From NCBI GenBank assembly GCA_017499595.2, contig CM039005.1, positions 992,001 through 1,056,000 on the forward strand: a stretch of 64,000 bases of DNA. Direction: 5' to 3'. Position numbers and translations under genes: made by a program. The DNA comes from Psilocybe cubensis (Eukaryota). Below, piece after piece: positions 40,418-53,486 of the stretch. The notes under the pieces are model-generated. The model was given only the letters and a program-made list of their open reading frames with translations, was not told the DNA's origin and did no database searches. The first letter of the stretch is position 1. The number at the start of each line of letters is the position of its first letter.

Positions 40418-40773
40418 GAGCGATGTCGTAACGTCAACCGAACAAGATACGATAGAGAAGATATATGGTTGCATAAGTATGAAAATTAACTTATAGGAGC
40501 ATTATTCTGTCTTTCTCACCCCCAGCCGAATAACAGCTCACAAGGGCATAGTGTGTAACATAAATAACTATTAGCGTAAGAAGATTACGCACATTGTTCG
40601 ATTGATAGCTATTATAGAAGAAAAGCTACCGCATTCATTTCCTATATCTGCAAAAAATCACACAAACCAGGCATTATCAAACGACAGTACCGAATATTAG
40701 ATGTAACTTTGAGCGAATAAGGGTTAGCGTATACTAATGAGAAGGTGATGCTTGCCTTTGAAGACGTATTCCC

Positions 40774-42939
40774 TCATTCAAGTACGGCTTCTTCAATGAT
40801 TTTCCGGCTCAAAGGTGACCTTGGATGAAAGGCACAATCAAATTTCTTCTTATGACTTGTGCAATGTAAGAAGACAAACGCAGGAAAGCAAATGAAAAAG
40901 TAAGAACGCACTTCATAAGACCGTGATCTTCGATATCGCCATTGATTTCTATGTCGTTCCCATTTTCATCTTTTCTAGGGGTGATAGTGAAGGTTGCCAA
41001 AACCGAGGCAATCATCAGCCAAACCTAGTATAGGGATATCTCGATCAACATATTTCGCAGTCTACCTCATGGATTTACTGAAAACTTACAGACAAACTAG
41101 CCACATGTTTGCCGGCACATATCCTGTCGACAGATTATATCTTATCAATATTGAATGACATTAAGTGAAACTAAGCTGAACTTGCCTTCGCCCAAATCCG
41201 TATGCAAGTATTCTTTCTTTGTCGAGCTTGCCTTCTACAAAATATCTTTCTGGGAAAAAAGCTTGCGGTTCTGGATAGACTTGTTCGTCGTACGACATAG
41301 CCCTTAGCGCATTTGGTCAAAACAATGGTCTCAAGCTATCTGGCATAATATACTGACCATGTATTGGTGAGGACAATTGTTCCTGAATCAAAGCGAACGT
41401 GTTCAGATTTAAAGTTGAATGAATTGAAATGATAGTCACCTTTAGGCATAAAGTAACCCCTGTAGTGATCATCTTCCATGAGACAGTGAGGTATGCCAAG
41501 AGGAAAAGGAGGCCTCAAGCGCAGAACTTCTCTGTAAATCGCTTCAACATAAGGAAGCGACGCCCTGTCCGCAAGGACCGGAAGACGTTTGGCACCAATT
41601 ACTCGGTCAATCTCGAGTTGAGCCTTCTTTTGAGTGTCTGGATTTACGGCCATTAGGTAAAAGAAAGATCCTGTAAAAGATATTGTCTGCAAAAGCATAC
41701 AGTTGAACTTAATGGTGCTATGTGAATGTTGAACTAACTTACAGTGTCTGACGCAGCTACACGGGAAAATAAACAAACATGAACAGGACGCCATTTACAA
41801 CACGGAGCGAAAAGCACAGACCTCCGTACACGGTATATGCAACACTTGTTATGATGTCTTCCTCTTCCTGAGAACTAGCTGTCGTCTGTTGCTTTTCATA
41901 AAATTCGCGAACCAAAGATGGTACAGCCGTGCCGTCTTTCTATAGCAATCATCTATTCATTACATATCAAACATCCAGATTAGTTGAATAGGTACCCACG
42001 AAACTCTTTTTCACATAATCCAGTGGCAATCGTACAACCTCATCTGTCATACGACGAATTATTGCAGCCTTTTTTTGAGATGATGCGCCCGGGAACCATG
42101 CGGGGACATGTCGCAGGGGTGGAAATATGTCTATGAGATTGGCACCTGGTACTACCAATCGAGTTCCAAGGGAAAGCGCCTCGTCAGCTAGAGTCACGCA
42201 TGGATCGTTGAGATCTGCGATATCGTATCCATACATCATCTTGATTGTCAAGGCGGCAGAGAACCTGAAGATTATAAGATTCATTTGAAGCACGAGGCTG
42301 CGCAGACTCACATCTTGCTATGGGCATCGAATTGTTCCGGGGAATCGAGGAGGCCTTGGAGGAGTTTCCTGACTTGCGCAATTTGGAGTGGTTCGTAGCT
42401 CTTGGACGCATCGAGGTTAAAGTGCTTTTGGCATACTTTCCTCCGTTTCCTCCATTCTTCTCCGTACGGCATCACGGCTACGTTAATATTCCAACCCATC
42501 CTTTGAAAGATGAATACGCATCATGTATAACTTAGTAAAGTCGGCGTACAAGTCTGTGACAGGCTTTGCTGGCCTATCTGCGTAGATCCTCGCTCTTTCA
42601 GGGTGTTCGAGTAGTTCTTCTGCGACATTAATGTTGTTGATGACGACGACATGATTACCCAGGACTTCGGCATGAACAATTGGACCTAGGAGCAGTTATT
42701 GGAATGAAATACTTCAATAGCTAATGAGTATACAACTGACTGTTGTACTTCTTTCCCCATTCCGCGTATACTAGTGCAGCGTTGGTAGTTGGGAAATCGA
42801 GTAAGTTTCCAATAAACGGCTTTGGGGTCGGCCCAGGAGGGTAGTTCCGTTGTTTTCCAACGACGAAGAACTTTAGCAATCTTTTGATTACCCACAAGAG
42901 AAGTGCGGATATGCATATACTGAAAATCATAGCAGTCAT
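40774..42939 (-). CDS. Cytochrome P450 copy D
   Basis: PPGP, AASDT, EVLR, PERY, YGFGRRICAG. Confidence 0.9.
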
Positions 42940-43945
42940 TGGTGAAAAAGACGGAAAAGGGCCTCACAACAGCTGAATTGCAGTGGCCATTGCTCGGGAC
43001 CATGCTCACCGAAATAGGTATAGCGTGAACCAGTTGAGGTAGGCAGTTTAGATGTTATTCGGCCCTTTTGAAGCTGAGGCTTCGTAAATGATCAAGGCTC
43101 CAGAGAACTGCAGTCATCTCAAAGATGAACAGGCCCATTACGACCATGACGGTATTTTTCAGGAGCAGGTACCGGATAGTCTTTCTTGGCCGGAAATTAC
43201 CGAGCTGCACGTTTGTCCTGGCCTGGTCCAGTCATGAAGGTCCCCTTTGTGATTTACCATCGTGTTCTTTTTTATCGTTTCCCTTTCTCCAATCTCCACT
43301 GACGACGTATTCACAACCAGAATACCTACGGACATCAAGTTCCCAAGGTTCTATGGGCCATGTAGAGGCTGTACTACTCGGAGTATCTTGTTCGTATCTT
43401 TGTCAAAAAATCTTCGTTCAAACGCTGCTGGAGACATCCGATATACACTGGGGTGTCAGGTTATGTATACGTAGCTCGGATGGCTATGGGAAATGCCTAT
43501 CTTGCTGAGTCGCGCATACAGGGAAACGCGAGAATCGGATGTGCTGCTGGCAAGTTTTCTAGATTCTGTTTCTGGGTAAATTAGTATCCCACTCTCCACC
43601 TTTCTACCTGTCCTCTATTCCTGGTCGTACCTCTAACCGGATGCATTTCTCTGCATGGTCCTCAATAAGTCTGCAAAGAATTGGCCACTCCGATTCTCAG
43701 TTGCCGGCTACCTTTCTCAAGTCTGTTGGCTCATTGACCCTCCGGTGATACTCTTGTCCATCGTATAAATGCGGGCCACCAGACGTCGACTGAATGCCCA
43801 GTATCATCCGTTTCGTTTGCTGTGCAAACAGTTCTCATCCAACTCTTCACTGTCTTTAATTTTCAATCTTTTGGACCCCTTTAAGCCGACTTCAATCAAC
43901 CAAAAAAGCTCGGGCAACACTCGCAACATAGGCTTTTCACCCCAT

Positions 43946-44741
43946 ATGGAGACACCACGCAACCTTCTTGATGACATCCAGAGGCCACCTTCAGCACGCC
44001 ATATTTGGCGCCCTGAGAATGTTTATATTGACCCTACGACATTCCATGAAGCCTACCCAGAACTCAGCCACATCCCCATGACTTATTTGAGGCACTCAAT
44101 GCGCAAAGTATCACGCCAGTAAGTTGACATTGCAACTTAAGAAATAATCCACCACTAATCGTCATCATATGCATAGCTTTCTAGAATTCCCCATATCCCC
44201 AATCCAGCTACCCGCCTCCGCAGAACAGCTCAAACTCCCAATGGATACCTGGCCAGCTGTCCCCTCCCATATCTTCAAGATTCCCGTCTTGGTCGGTGGC
44301 CAACTAACGTTCCACTTTTTTCCAATCCATGCGCACGTCTTTATGGTTATGTGTGCCAAGCTCAAGAAACTTCCATTGTCTTTGTCCTCCGATCCCGAGA
44401 CCCAGTCTTCCATCCAGGTCCCAGTTGTCGAATACTATGTGCCCGCTCCTTTAAGTTTCCCGTTGTTCCAAGAGCACATATACACGATGGACCATGACCT
44501 TCTCAAGGAACGTTTCATAGGCGTACGACTCCCAGATCTAGAGAGGGAAAGAGATGCTGTTCTCTCTCAAATACCCCTAGAGACGCTCTTCGTCCAGGCC
44601 AATTTAATCCATGGCTTCTACAACAACGCGTGCGATTTTGGATTTTATGATGAGCAGACTTTTGATGTCATCGAGACTTGTTGGAATTATTTGTATCGTG
44701 CTCGCCACTTTCAAACTGGAGCAACCACACGTTCTACTTGA
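43946..44741 (+). CDS. Divergent clampless-1 (Clp1)-like protein, 2 exons
   Basis: ELSHIPMTYLR, FPIHAHVF..CAKL, VPVV..VPAP.SFPL..HIYT, IHGFYNNACDFGFYD...W resemble basidiomycete Clp1 family motifs. Confidence 0.55.
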
Positions 44742-45100
44742 TGTAGATCATTAACGTTAACCGTTGCTTGTACTTATTAGCCTCCTGAAGTTTGGACTTC
44801 ACGTTCCTTACACTTTCCTTTATTCCCCTGTAAACAAAACCTATAAAACAAAATGTGTATATCAACCAAAGTCATCAGACAAAACGATTGTATGAAACCA
44901 AAGCGGACAAAACGATTACATATCGAGAATTATGCTAATACATCACAGTCCATAATCGAAGGGACCGAGTTGAACACGACAAGAGCGCGATGAGAAGAGT
45001 GGGGTATTGTATCAAAAAACTAAGGTTAAGAATTGCGGAGACAAGCATAAGAGGTGAGGATGTACAATATACTGCGAGATAAAAAGGAACTGAAAACGAC

Positions 45101-46601
45101 TTAGGCTGCAGCAGCAGCAGGTGCATTGGCAGCAGTGTAATCCTAGAGGATTTCTTTAGATTTGCAGGCGACGTGCATATATTCATATCAGCTTACCTCC
45201 ATCTCAGCGTCAAGATCGGCGGCCGTCTTGGGAGGCCTGTCGTTCTTGCGGGCGCCGCCTCGACCTCTGACGTGTCGGCGACCACGAGTTGCGGCGGGTC
45301 TATAGAGCGAATAAGAGATTGTTTAGATGATATAGGGTGTGTCGACAAACCTAGGTCCTGCAGTCCTACCATTGGCGGCGGGGGCAGGTGCAACACGGGA
45401 AGTCAGGGGAGGAGGGCGAGATGGGTCGAGGACGAGTTCGATCTTCATCGGGCGTTCTAGATAATTGCGAGTCGAGAGCGGGAGATGTTAGTCGGCTATT
45501 CAATTTGAGCAGCACCATGCAAAAGGGAGAAGTTAAGAGCAGACGAGTGAGTCATCCTGAAACCACCTCCGCAAACCAAACCGTAAGATGCGTCTCTGTC
45601 TTGACAATGTTCCAAATCCCGCTAGCCCAAAATTTTTGCGTGCTGCGTCGGTGCATCGAAAAGAACCATGGCATGAAATGAATGGCTCGGAAGTCGCTAG
45701 GCTCCGTCAAACCAAACATTCCAGTATTGCCTACGCTCGCTTTCCTGAGCACAACATCGTTCCACTTGATGTTCATGAAAGGTACAGTTCTCGCCCGGCA
45801 TCAGGATACACCAGACGTGCATCGAACCTGCCCGATCCATCAGGGTGATCAGACCTGAGATCTGGGCTACCTGTATGCTTCAAAACAAGCACCACAGGGG
45901 TTCTAATGGCACAAGATGATGACTTTCCCCGGGAGGGTCTATGTACATGCATCTGAGACGATTGACCCCAAAATATCCAAAAATGGCTAAGCAGAGACAG
46001 CATGCCAACGGTCGGGCTACAAGAGGAAGGTTACGGAGAACCGCATTCCACGTAGAAGAAAGGACGATATGCAAGAGGGGAGAGGAGAGTCGATACTAAC
46101 TGCCATCGATGAGTCGGTTATTGTATTGCTGGAAAGCCTTGGCCCCGTCACCTTTCTTCTGGAAGGTGACGGTGGCAATTCCCTTTGAGCGTCCAGAGGC
46201 GTCGTAATGAAGGGTGATATCACGCAACGCTCCAACAGTTTGGTTGAACAGATCCTGCCATTAGACAAAATGAGACTATTGTTCTTGGTTCAAACAGAAA
46301 ATGATTGCTAACCTTAATCTGAGCTTCATTCACGTCGCTCGGCAAGTTCGAAACGATGATTTTCTCCGATGCTTGGGTGACAACAGCCTTGCTATCAGCG
46401 GCGGGGTTGGCAGCAGCACGGGCACGTTGCACAGGGGTTGTGACAGGCTTTCCGAGGACTTGCTCACGAGCTGAAGAGCGACGGCTGGATCCACGGCGCC
46501 CTGCCTTGGGCTTGGAGGCAATAATCTGGTGAAATTTTCTTTAAAACCATGGACCGACGTGGCAGCCAGGGAAGACGAACCTCGTCGAGGGACTTGTCCA
46601 T
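45101..46601 (-). CDS. YRA1: mRNA export adaptor Yra1/ALYREF
   Basis: N-box MDKSLDEII, RRM (KIIVSNLP..GRSKGIATV..YNNRLIDGKRPMKIE), C-box DLDAEMEDY; 644-nt intron 45457-46100. Confidence 0.92.
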
Positions 46602-46858
46602 TATGTATACGGTGATATAGAGGTTGTTTGGGAAGGGGGAAAATGCGAGGAGGGTCAGTGGCGGGGAAAGTTGATGGTGGGGGAAAGAAAGGCGAGGCTA
46701 CTGGCTGTGCACAAAGATGAATGCCTTTTGAAGAAGTCGGAATCTGAAATGAGTCACACTCCGCTTCTGGACCTTTGTTGATTAACTCACCAGCCAATAG
46801 GATCATTTTCTCCAGTCGACCACCTTTCCTCATTCTCTGAATCTCTCCTGTGTCCCCA

Positions 46859-47789
46859 ATGTCTCGCGGTGGTGGAAGAGGCGGTCGCGGTGGCGGGAGA
46901 GGCGGCTTTGGTGGAGCCAGCAATCTCCCGCCAATGGGCCTCACGTTTGCCGATCTCCAAAATCTGTCTAGAGAGGCCACAGCCTTGTATCCAGTGCGCT
47001 ATTTCTTTTTCCCTCCGCCTCACGATGAAAAACTGAACTCAGTAATGAGAAATAGGTTCGAGACGTTCCGATTTTTACTGAATCTACAAAAGACGAGAAG
47101 GAAATCGCTAGACTTCAACTGGGGTTTGCATCCCGTCTTCGAAAATCACAATATTATGTGGTGGAAAGGACAAAAACTTCTGGTAAATGACCTCATCACT
47201 GGTGTTGTAACACCTCTGATGTTCCTTCTCTCCAGAATTGGAACGGTACTCTGATAAATACAGACCCTCGGCTGTGTCACAACCCACATTAAAACGAAAA
47301 GATTTACACGCCCCATTCTTTCCATCGGAAGTCTTGGAAGATTACTTCAATCCAAAGAGAAAGAAGAGAGGTGCGTCGTCGTCCGATCCATCTCACGGAG
47401 AAACTCATTCTTCGCAGCCACAACGCAGTCAGACTCTTTAAAGCCGAAGTTAAATCTCGACGAGTTGAACGAGGATGGAGATGAAGAAGTAACTATCAAC
47501 TTCTTGCCTGGCTAGTGAACGTACTAACATTATCTTACAGGAAAAATCTGGCGAAGAGCGCTCTGATGCTGGATCTCAGGCAGCAGAATCGGATTACGAT
47601 GTAGACGAAGAATATGATAACGACTATGCTGAGAATTACTTTGACAACGGTGAAGGGGATGACATAGATGATCTAGGAGGAGGAGGTGGGGGTGACGAGG
47701 GAGGCGGTGGTGGTAAGTACAGATTTTTGTTCCATGAGGGTCTTTTGTTGATATTCTATTCCTACTTTCCAGGCGGAGACTATGATTGA
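46859..47789 (+). CDS. RPC31: RNA polymerase III subunit C31
   Basis: RGG N-terminus, ERYSDKY, FFPSE, acidic tail DNDYAENYFDNGE. Confidence 0.88.
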
Positions 47790-48740
47790 TATTGGTCACG
47801 GATAATTTATCTCTCATCGCATTGTACCATCATCATTGCATTATCATTGTAACATGCCATATAGCTAATAGTGGTCTGCTCGCTTCGAAACCTCATCGAT
47901 TTTTCGCACCAACATTACGTATTTCGTCTCACCTCAAAATGAATACTGCGACTCCAAACCTTAGTCAAGAAATAGGATTCTGAAAGTCAATGAATTCGCG
48001 CCCGACCTACACCATGACATATATAAGTTGTTCCCTTCAGTGACGTGTGGATCCGTTTATCAACTATTCAAAGGTGGGTTTATTTAGTTAGTTGCGTCCC
48101 ATATCTGGCGACACAACGACATTTGAACACACCTCATTCTTTCCCTCTCTTTGTCCCAGATCTGGAACCGCTGCATCATGAGCTTGTATCAATATTGGTC
48201 GATCCCTTCAATTCACCTGACTAATTTCTGCCTACTGCGGAAATTCGTTGGGAACATCGACATCAGCTTTATTTTAACATGATGGCACGTAACAATGAAG
48301 CCTTCACAACCGTTGAAGATCTGACGTCGAGATGTCCTCTAAATTATACCGATTATCGAGGCCAAATCAGTTTGCACATTTGTCTTACTTTTTTGTTTTC
48401 GACAAATGTAGTTTTCGAGCAGTATTGAAAGGACTGAACTCCATGAACTACGCAGTTTGACTATGCTGTATCAATCGTTTGAATCGAGGACCATATGTAT
48501 GTGGCGTTGTTTAACACGAGTCTCAGGACCAAATAATGAACCGGCTTATTGAGGCCCTTTCGAACCAGGACTCAGTCTTGATGAGTGCTTCAAAGAAGTG
48601 CTTGCTAACCCTTCACTCTAGTCATTCTCATCTATGCAAAACTGACAAATTCTGCTGATCTCTCGGGGCCTCTTTTGGGTTGCATTTAGTTCTGTATCCA
48701 TCCGGTTTTAAAAGTTTTTGCTTCAATCTTCATCACTTTA

Positions 48741-50082
48741 ATGGCCGACCGTATTTCGATTTCGTCACTCTCCGAGCGTACATCAGGAGAAAAGAAATGG
48801 GTCATGTTGCAGCCACTTCTACTTGCTCATGGGTATAGACTCCGCCCCAGATATCAGCCAGACTGGAAGCCATCCTGGAAAAAAAAATGGAATTTTAGAA
48901 GCATAATGCAGTGCCCGGATAGTATTTCTCTGCCTGTATGAGGCCGCCTGCTCTCATCCCTAATCATACTGACTCTGAATGATCTAGTACTATAAGCTCA
49001 TGGATGCCGTACGAATAAAAGACGGTGTCGAAGTGGTGATCAAGAGAGTAACGCTGGAAGAAGACAATGTGCCACTTCTACAATACTTGAATTCTCCGGA
49101 AATGCTCAAGGATCCACGAAATAACGCTGTGCGCCTACTAGAAGTAATTACAGTTCCTCATACAAGCGATATCTTTCCACGACCTTCGGTGCTCCTTGTG
49201 ATGCCAAAGCTTTTCCCTTTAAGTACTTCGCATCTTCCATTTCGACACGTCAGGGAAGTTCTCGATGCTCTGGAACAAATTATGGAGGTACTTTCTTCCG
49301 AATTTCTAAGCAATATAATTGACTCACCAGTGGAATTAATTTACAGGGTATTATCTTTCTGCATGAGCATAGGATTGCCCATCGGTATGTGCTTTATGAT
49401 GGCAACTCAATGTTTTCTTCAGCTCACACACGCTACAAATGGATTATTCAGCGACGCTTGCACTCACAACTTCATGATGGACCCGACAGATGTCATTCCC
49501 AGCGGGTTTCACTTCTCATACCACTGGCACCAACCTGACGGCATAACTCGTATTCACTTTAGGGACCGATGTTTAGTTCCACGGGTCAAGTACTACTTGA
49601 TTGACTTTGAAACAGCTGAAATTTTCCCCCCAAACTCCCTTACCATCGGTAGATATGGGCAGGTGAAAGACGTCCCAGAGATGTCCGAAACAGTGCCGTA
49701 CGATCCCTTCAAATTGGATGTATACCAGGTTGGATCGCTAGTCAAGACGCTCATCGAGGTAATTCTAGTTACTGTTTTGAGGGACGAATCTCATTTGCAA
49801 CAGTTATATGAAGGACTCGACTTTCTGGAACCCCTCAGAGACATCATGAGATGCCCTAACCCTGAACTCCGACCAACCGCTGCCCAATCTTTGGAAAAAT
49901 TGCGTGACATTGTGTCTCAATTAGATCAAACATATCTCGCTCATGAGATTTGGTATAAAGAAAGTACACCTAGCTATCGGAAATATCAAACGGTATCCCC
50001 TGATGAAAAGTTCAATAAGTGGAAGAAAATCCAGTTCATTTGTGGGGGCAAGGGGTCAACAACACCTGATACTATTCACTGA
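48741..50082 (+). CDS. Agaricomycete AgaK1-like protein kinase, copy 1
   Basis: GYRLRPRYQPDWKPSW, DAVR..VVIK, IAHR/DACTHN, YYLIDFE, YDPFKLDVY, RPTA; 4 introns. Confidence 0.85.
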
Positions 50083-50239
50083 GATTGGAGGCATCTTTTG
50101 TATTCCATTTAAATCTGGGTTTTACTCAATGAATCGCGGTACAATTTCTCGTATCCAACTTTGAAGTTTGCATGATACAACCACTATATATAGCCGCTTA
50201 AGCTCCCTATATATTTATACCATTATAGGTGTAGTCTTC

Positions 50240-50790
50240 ATTTATCTGCAACATTTGTCGTGTTTGCGTTTGATTATCATCGGTGTTGGATCATTCAGAT
50301 GGATATCCAAAGATGTTTGGCAAAGAGACCGAGATGTTCACACTGTGTCGTGGACCTGTGCTGCTGTTCAATCTTCCGAGTCCTCGAGACAATAGTTTTT
50401 GGATGATGCAGACAAATTATATTTGTTATTCCCACTCCATTCACTTGATTATAGATATGTATTAAACTCCATGAATTTCCCCGTGCTCAGCTCTGCGCTT
50501 GTAGGTATGCTTTGCATATCTAAAAGTATTAGTAGAAGCAGTCAATTGATTTTGGGCATGGACGTGATAGACAACCTGTGTATCAAAACGCGGTGCCGCA
50601 GTCAAGCCACATTACTATCCATGATGACTGTGGAGGACTGTGGTAGTCAATATTTGATTCTTAAATAATCCATTGCTTGTGGTCACCTTTGGTACTGTAC
50701 TGCTGAATATGTAGAACGGGTAGCCATAGTTAATTCGCTTCATAATTCCGAAGTATGAGTGTTGAGTTAGTACCGAACGTCTGGTCAATA
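50240..50790 (-). pseudogene. Decayed 3' remnant of kinase-partner gene (paralogue of 53487-54731)
   Basis: HVHAQNQLTASTNTFRY and HSVNISVSLPNIFGYPS align with partner 2; in-frame stops (e.g. 50462-50464); 5' part absent beyond the MITE. Confidence 0.75.
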
Positions 50791-50799
50791 ATAGTACTA

Positions 50800-51692
50800 C
50801 ACCTCGGGATATTCAGAAAATAGAGTTCGCACGAAGTAGGTAATCAAACGTTGCAACATACTGGAAATATATTGAGGCCATCCATGTTCACATTTATTTG
50901 GAATATAATGCTGCCAAATATATTAAGTTTCTTACCACATACAAAGGTGCTTTATATTTTAAATTGAAAGGTGAAAGAAACTGAACACACGATAAGTCTC
51001 AGTCGAAGGAAAAAGGACTCTATTGTTAACCTGAACACACGATAAGTCTATAAACTACGTTAGCTGTTTTCTATGAACAACACAAAAGCAAATGTACCTC
51101 AGTCGAAGGAAAAAGGACTCTATTGTTAACCTGAACACACGATAAGTCTATAAACTACGTTAGCTGTTTTCTATGAACAACACAAAAGCAAATGTACCTC
51201 AGTCGAAGGAAAAAGGACTGAGGTACGAAGAATGAAACTGCTCTGTATAAGTGAACTGCTGGTAGCTATGGAAGTTGATGAGGAATACGCGAAGGTGATG
51301 CATTGAACACCACAGGAAGAGTGACTGCTGAATTTGTGAATGAACAGGGGCTCTCGGAGCCCGTGTTCCGAACGACGAATGAGGAAGGTGCAAGTATAAA
51401 ATGGGAAATGTTGGGAAATGTAAAAAGAAAGAAAATGTGAATGAACAATCAAGCAGATACATATTCCAACAAAAGGAACTTCATATCAGTAAATACTTGC
51501 CATTTTACTGATATGAGGTTCCTTTCAATTTAAAACATAAAGCACCTTTGTATGTGGTAAGAAACTTGATATATTTGACAGCATTATATTTCAAATGAAT
51601 GTGAAAGACGGATGGCCCAATATATTTCAAGTATGTTGTAACATTTGATTACCTATTTTGTGGGAATTCTATATTCTGAATATCCTGCCGTG
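50800..51692. mobile_element. MITE / foldback element with ~170-bp TIRs
   Basis: 50800-50970 is an imperfect inverted copy of 51521-51692; CAC...GTG ends flanked by TA; no credible coding capacity. Confidence 0.85.
50998..51219. repeat. Perfect 100-bp tandem repeat (~2.2 copies) inside the MITE
   Basis: AGTCGAAGGAAAAAGGACT at 51001, 51101, 51201. Confidence 0.95.
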
Positions 51693-51965
51693 TAATGCTA
51701 CCCTGGCCTATCGGCCGGGATTAAGATTTGATTAAGACTTGAGTTGCGTTTATTTACACTTATTTATCACGAGTCCCAAGGACAAATAAACTCGCCTTTT
51801 GATCGGCCGGGTCAGACTGTCAGAACTACGTTCAGTGACTCGCTCTCGAACCTGGACCTGTGCTTGCTAACGACTCATTGCAATCATTTTCTCATCTACT
51901 CGTATCCGACGCTAATGTCTTAGAGTATCTGTTGGGCTACAGGCACTGTATATTTCCTGAATACT

Positions 51966-53330
51966 ATGACCGACCATCAGCACCAAGTTTCAATGACATC
52001 GCTGTCGTCCGAGCTCTCATCTGCAGAAAAAGAATGGGTTATGTTGCAGCCACTTCTGCTATCTCATGGATATCAACTTCCCCCCAGATATCAGCCAAAC
52101 TGGAAACCATCTTGGGAAAAGCGTTGGAACTTTAAATACAAAACTGAATGCCCGGATTTTTTTCCTTTGCTTGTATGGGACTGTATGCTATATTCCTGAC
52201 TGATACTGACCGAAATGAACTAGCATCATGATATCATGGACGCAGTGCGAGTGAAAGACGGTGTTGAGGTGGCCATCAAACATGTGGTGTTGGAAGAGGA
52301 CAATGTGCCACTTCTACAATATTTGAATTCGCCAGAAATGCTCAAGGATTCACGGAATAACGCTGTGCGCCTTCTTGATGTAATTTCTGTCCCTAATACG
52401 AGCGATATCTTCCCCAAACCATCAGTGCTCCTTGTGATGCCAAAACTTTTCCCTTTATTTTCATTTCATCTTCCGTTTCGGCATGTCAGAGAGGTACTCG
52501 ACGCCTTGCAGCAAATTATGGAGGTATTTTCCTTGGAATACTTAAGGAATATGGATAGTATGTTCACCAATAGACTTTTTCTGCAGGGTATTGTCTTTCT
52601 GCATGAACACCGAATTGCCCATCGGTATGTGCTTTTAAACGACAGTTTAGCGTTCTGCGCAACTTACACGCGCTATAATATGGCTTGTTCAGCGATGCGT
52701 GCACTCACAACTTCATGATGGACCCAACAGATGTCATACCCAGCGGCTTTCACCTCTCAAACAATCGTTGCCAACCTGATGGCGTAACTCGTATTCACTT
52801 TAGGGACCGCTGTTCATTTCCACAACTCAGGTACTACTTGATTGACTTCGAAACAGCGGAATTTTTCCCCCCAAATTCCCTTACTATCGGTAGATATGGG
52901 CAGGTGAAAGACGTCCCAGAGATGTCCGAAACAGTGCCGTACGATCCCTTCAAATTGGATGTATACCAGGTTGGATCGCTCGTCAAGACACTCATTGAGG
53001 TAATTCTAGTGACCGTTTTGAGGACTGAAACTCATTTTTTATCAGTTATATGAAGGACTCGACTTTCTGGTGCCCCTTAGAGATATCATGAGATGTCCTA
53101 ACCCTGAACTCCGACCAACCGCTTCCGAATCTTTGAGTCAATTGCATGGTATTGTATCTCAATTAGAGCAAACTTATCTCTCTCATGAGATCTGGCTCAA
53201 AGACAGTACACCCATTTTTCCGAAATATCAAACTGTATCTCCTGATGAGAAGGCAAAATGGTGGAAATTTGGGAAGTTGGCTCAGTTAATTTGTGGGGCG
53301 AACAAGTCGACAAGGCTCAATGTTCTTTAA
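51966..53330 (+). CDS. AgaK1-like protein kinase, copy 2
   Basis: Same motifs and intron positions as copy 1. Confidence 0.85.
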
Positions 53331-53486
53331 TACACGTGCTATCTCGAATTATATTTCAAGTTTGGTATAGTCTTGTATTACACAGTATGATGTATACCAC
53401 TTTCAAGTATACAATTTAAAGATTTGAAAGTACCATCAAACTAATCTCAGTTCAAGGTTGTTGTTCATTCGTGTTTTCGCTGACTT

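Noticed and set aside
45914-45956. ATGATGA...CTGA C/D-box-like pair
   Set aside because: Antisense to the YRA1 host intron and only ~40 nt, too short for a snoRNA
49000-50082. 360-aa uninterrupted kinase ORF in the ORF track
   Set aside because: Reads through stop-free introns and misses the HRD exon frame; comparison with paralogues shows splicing
50998-51219. Repeat array superficially like CRISPR
   Set aside because: Units are fully identical with no unique spacers, the context is eukaryotic, and there are no cas genes
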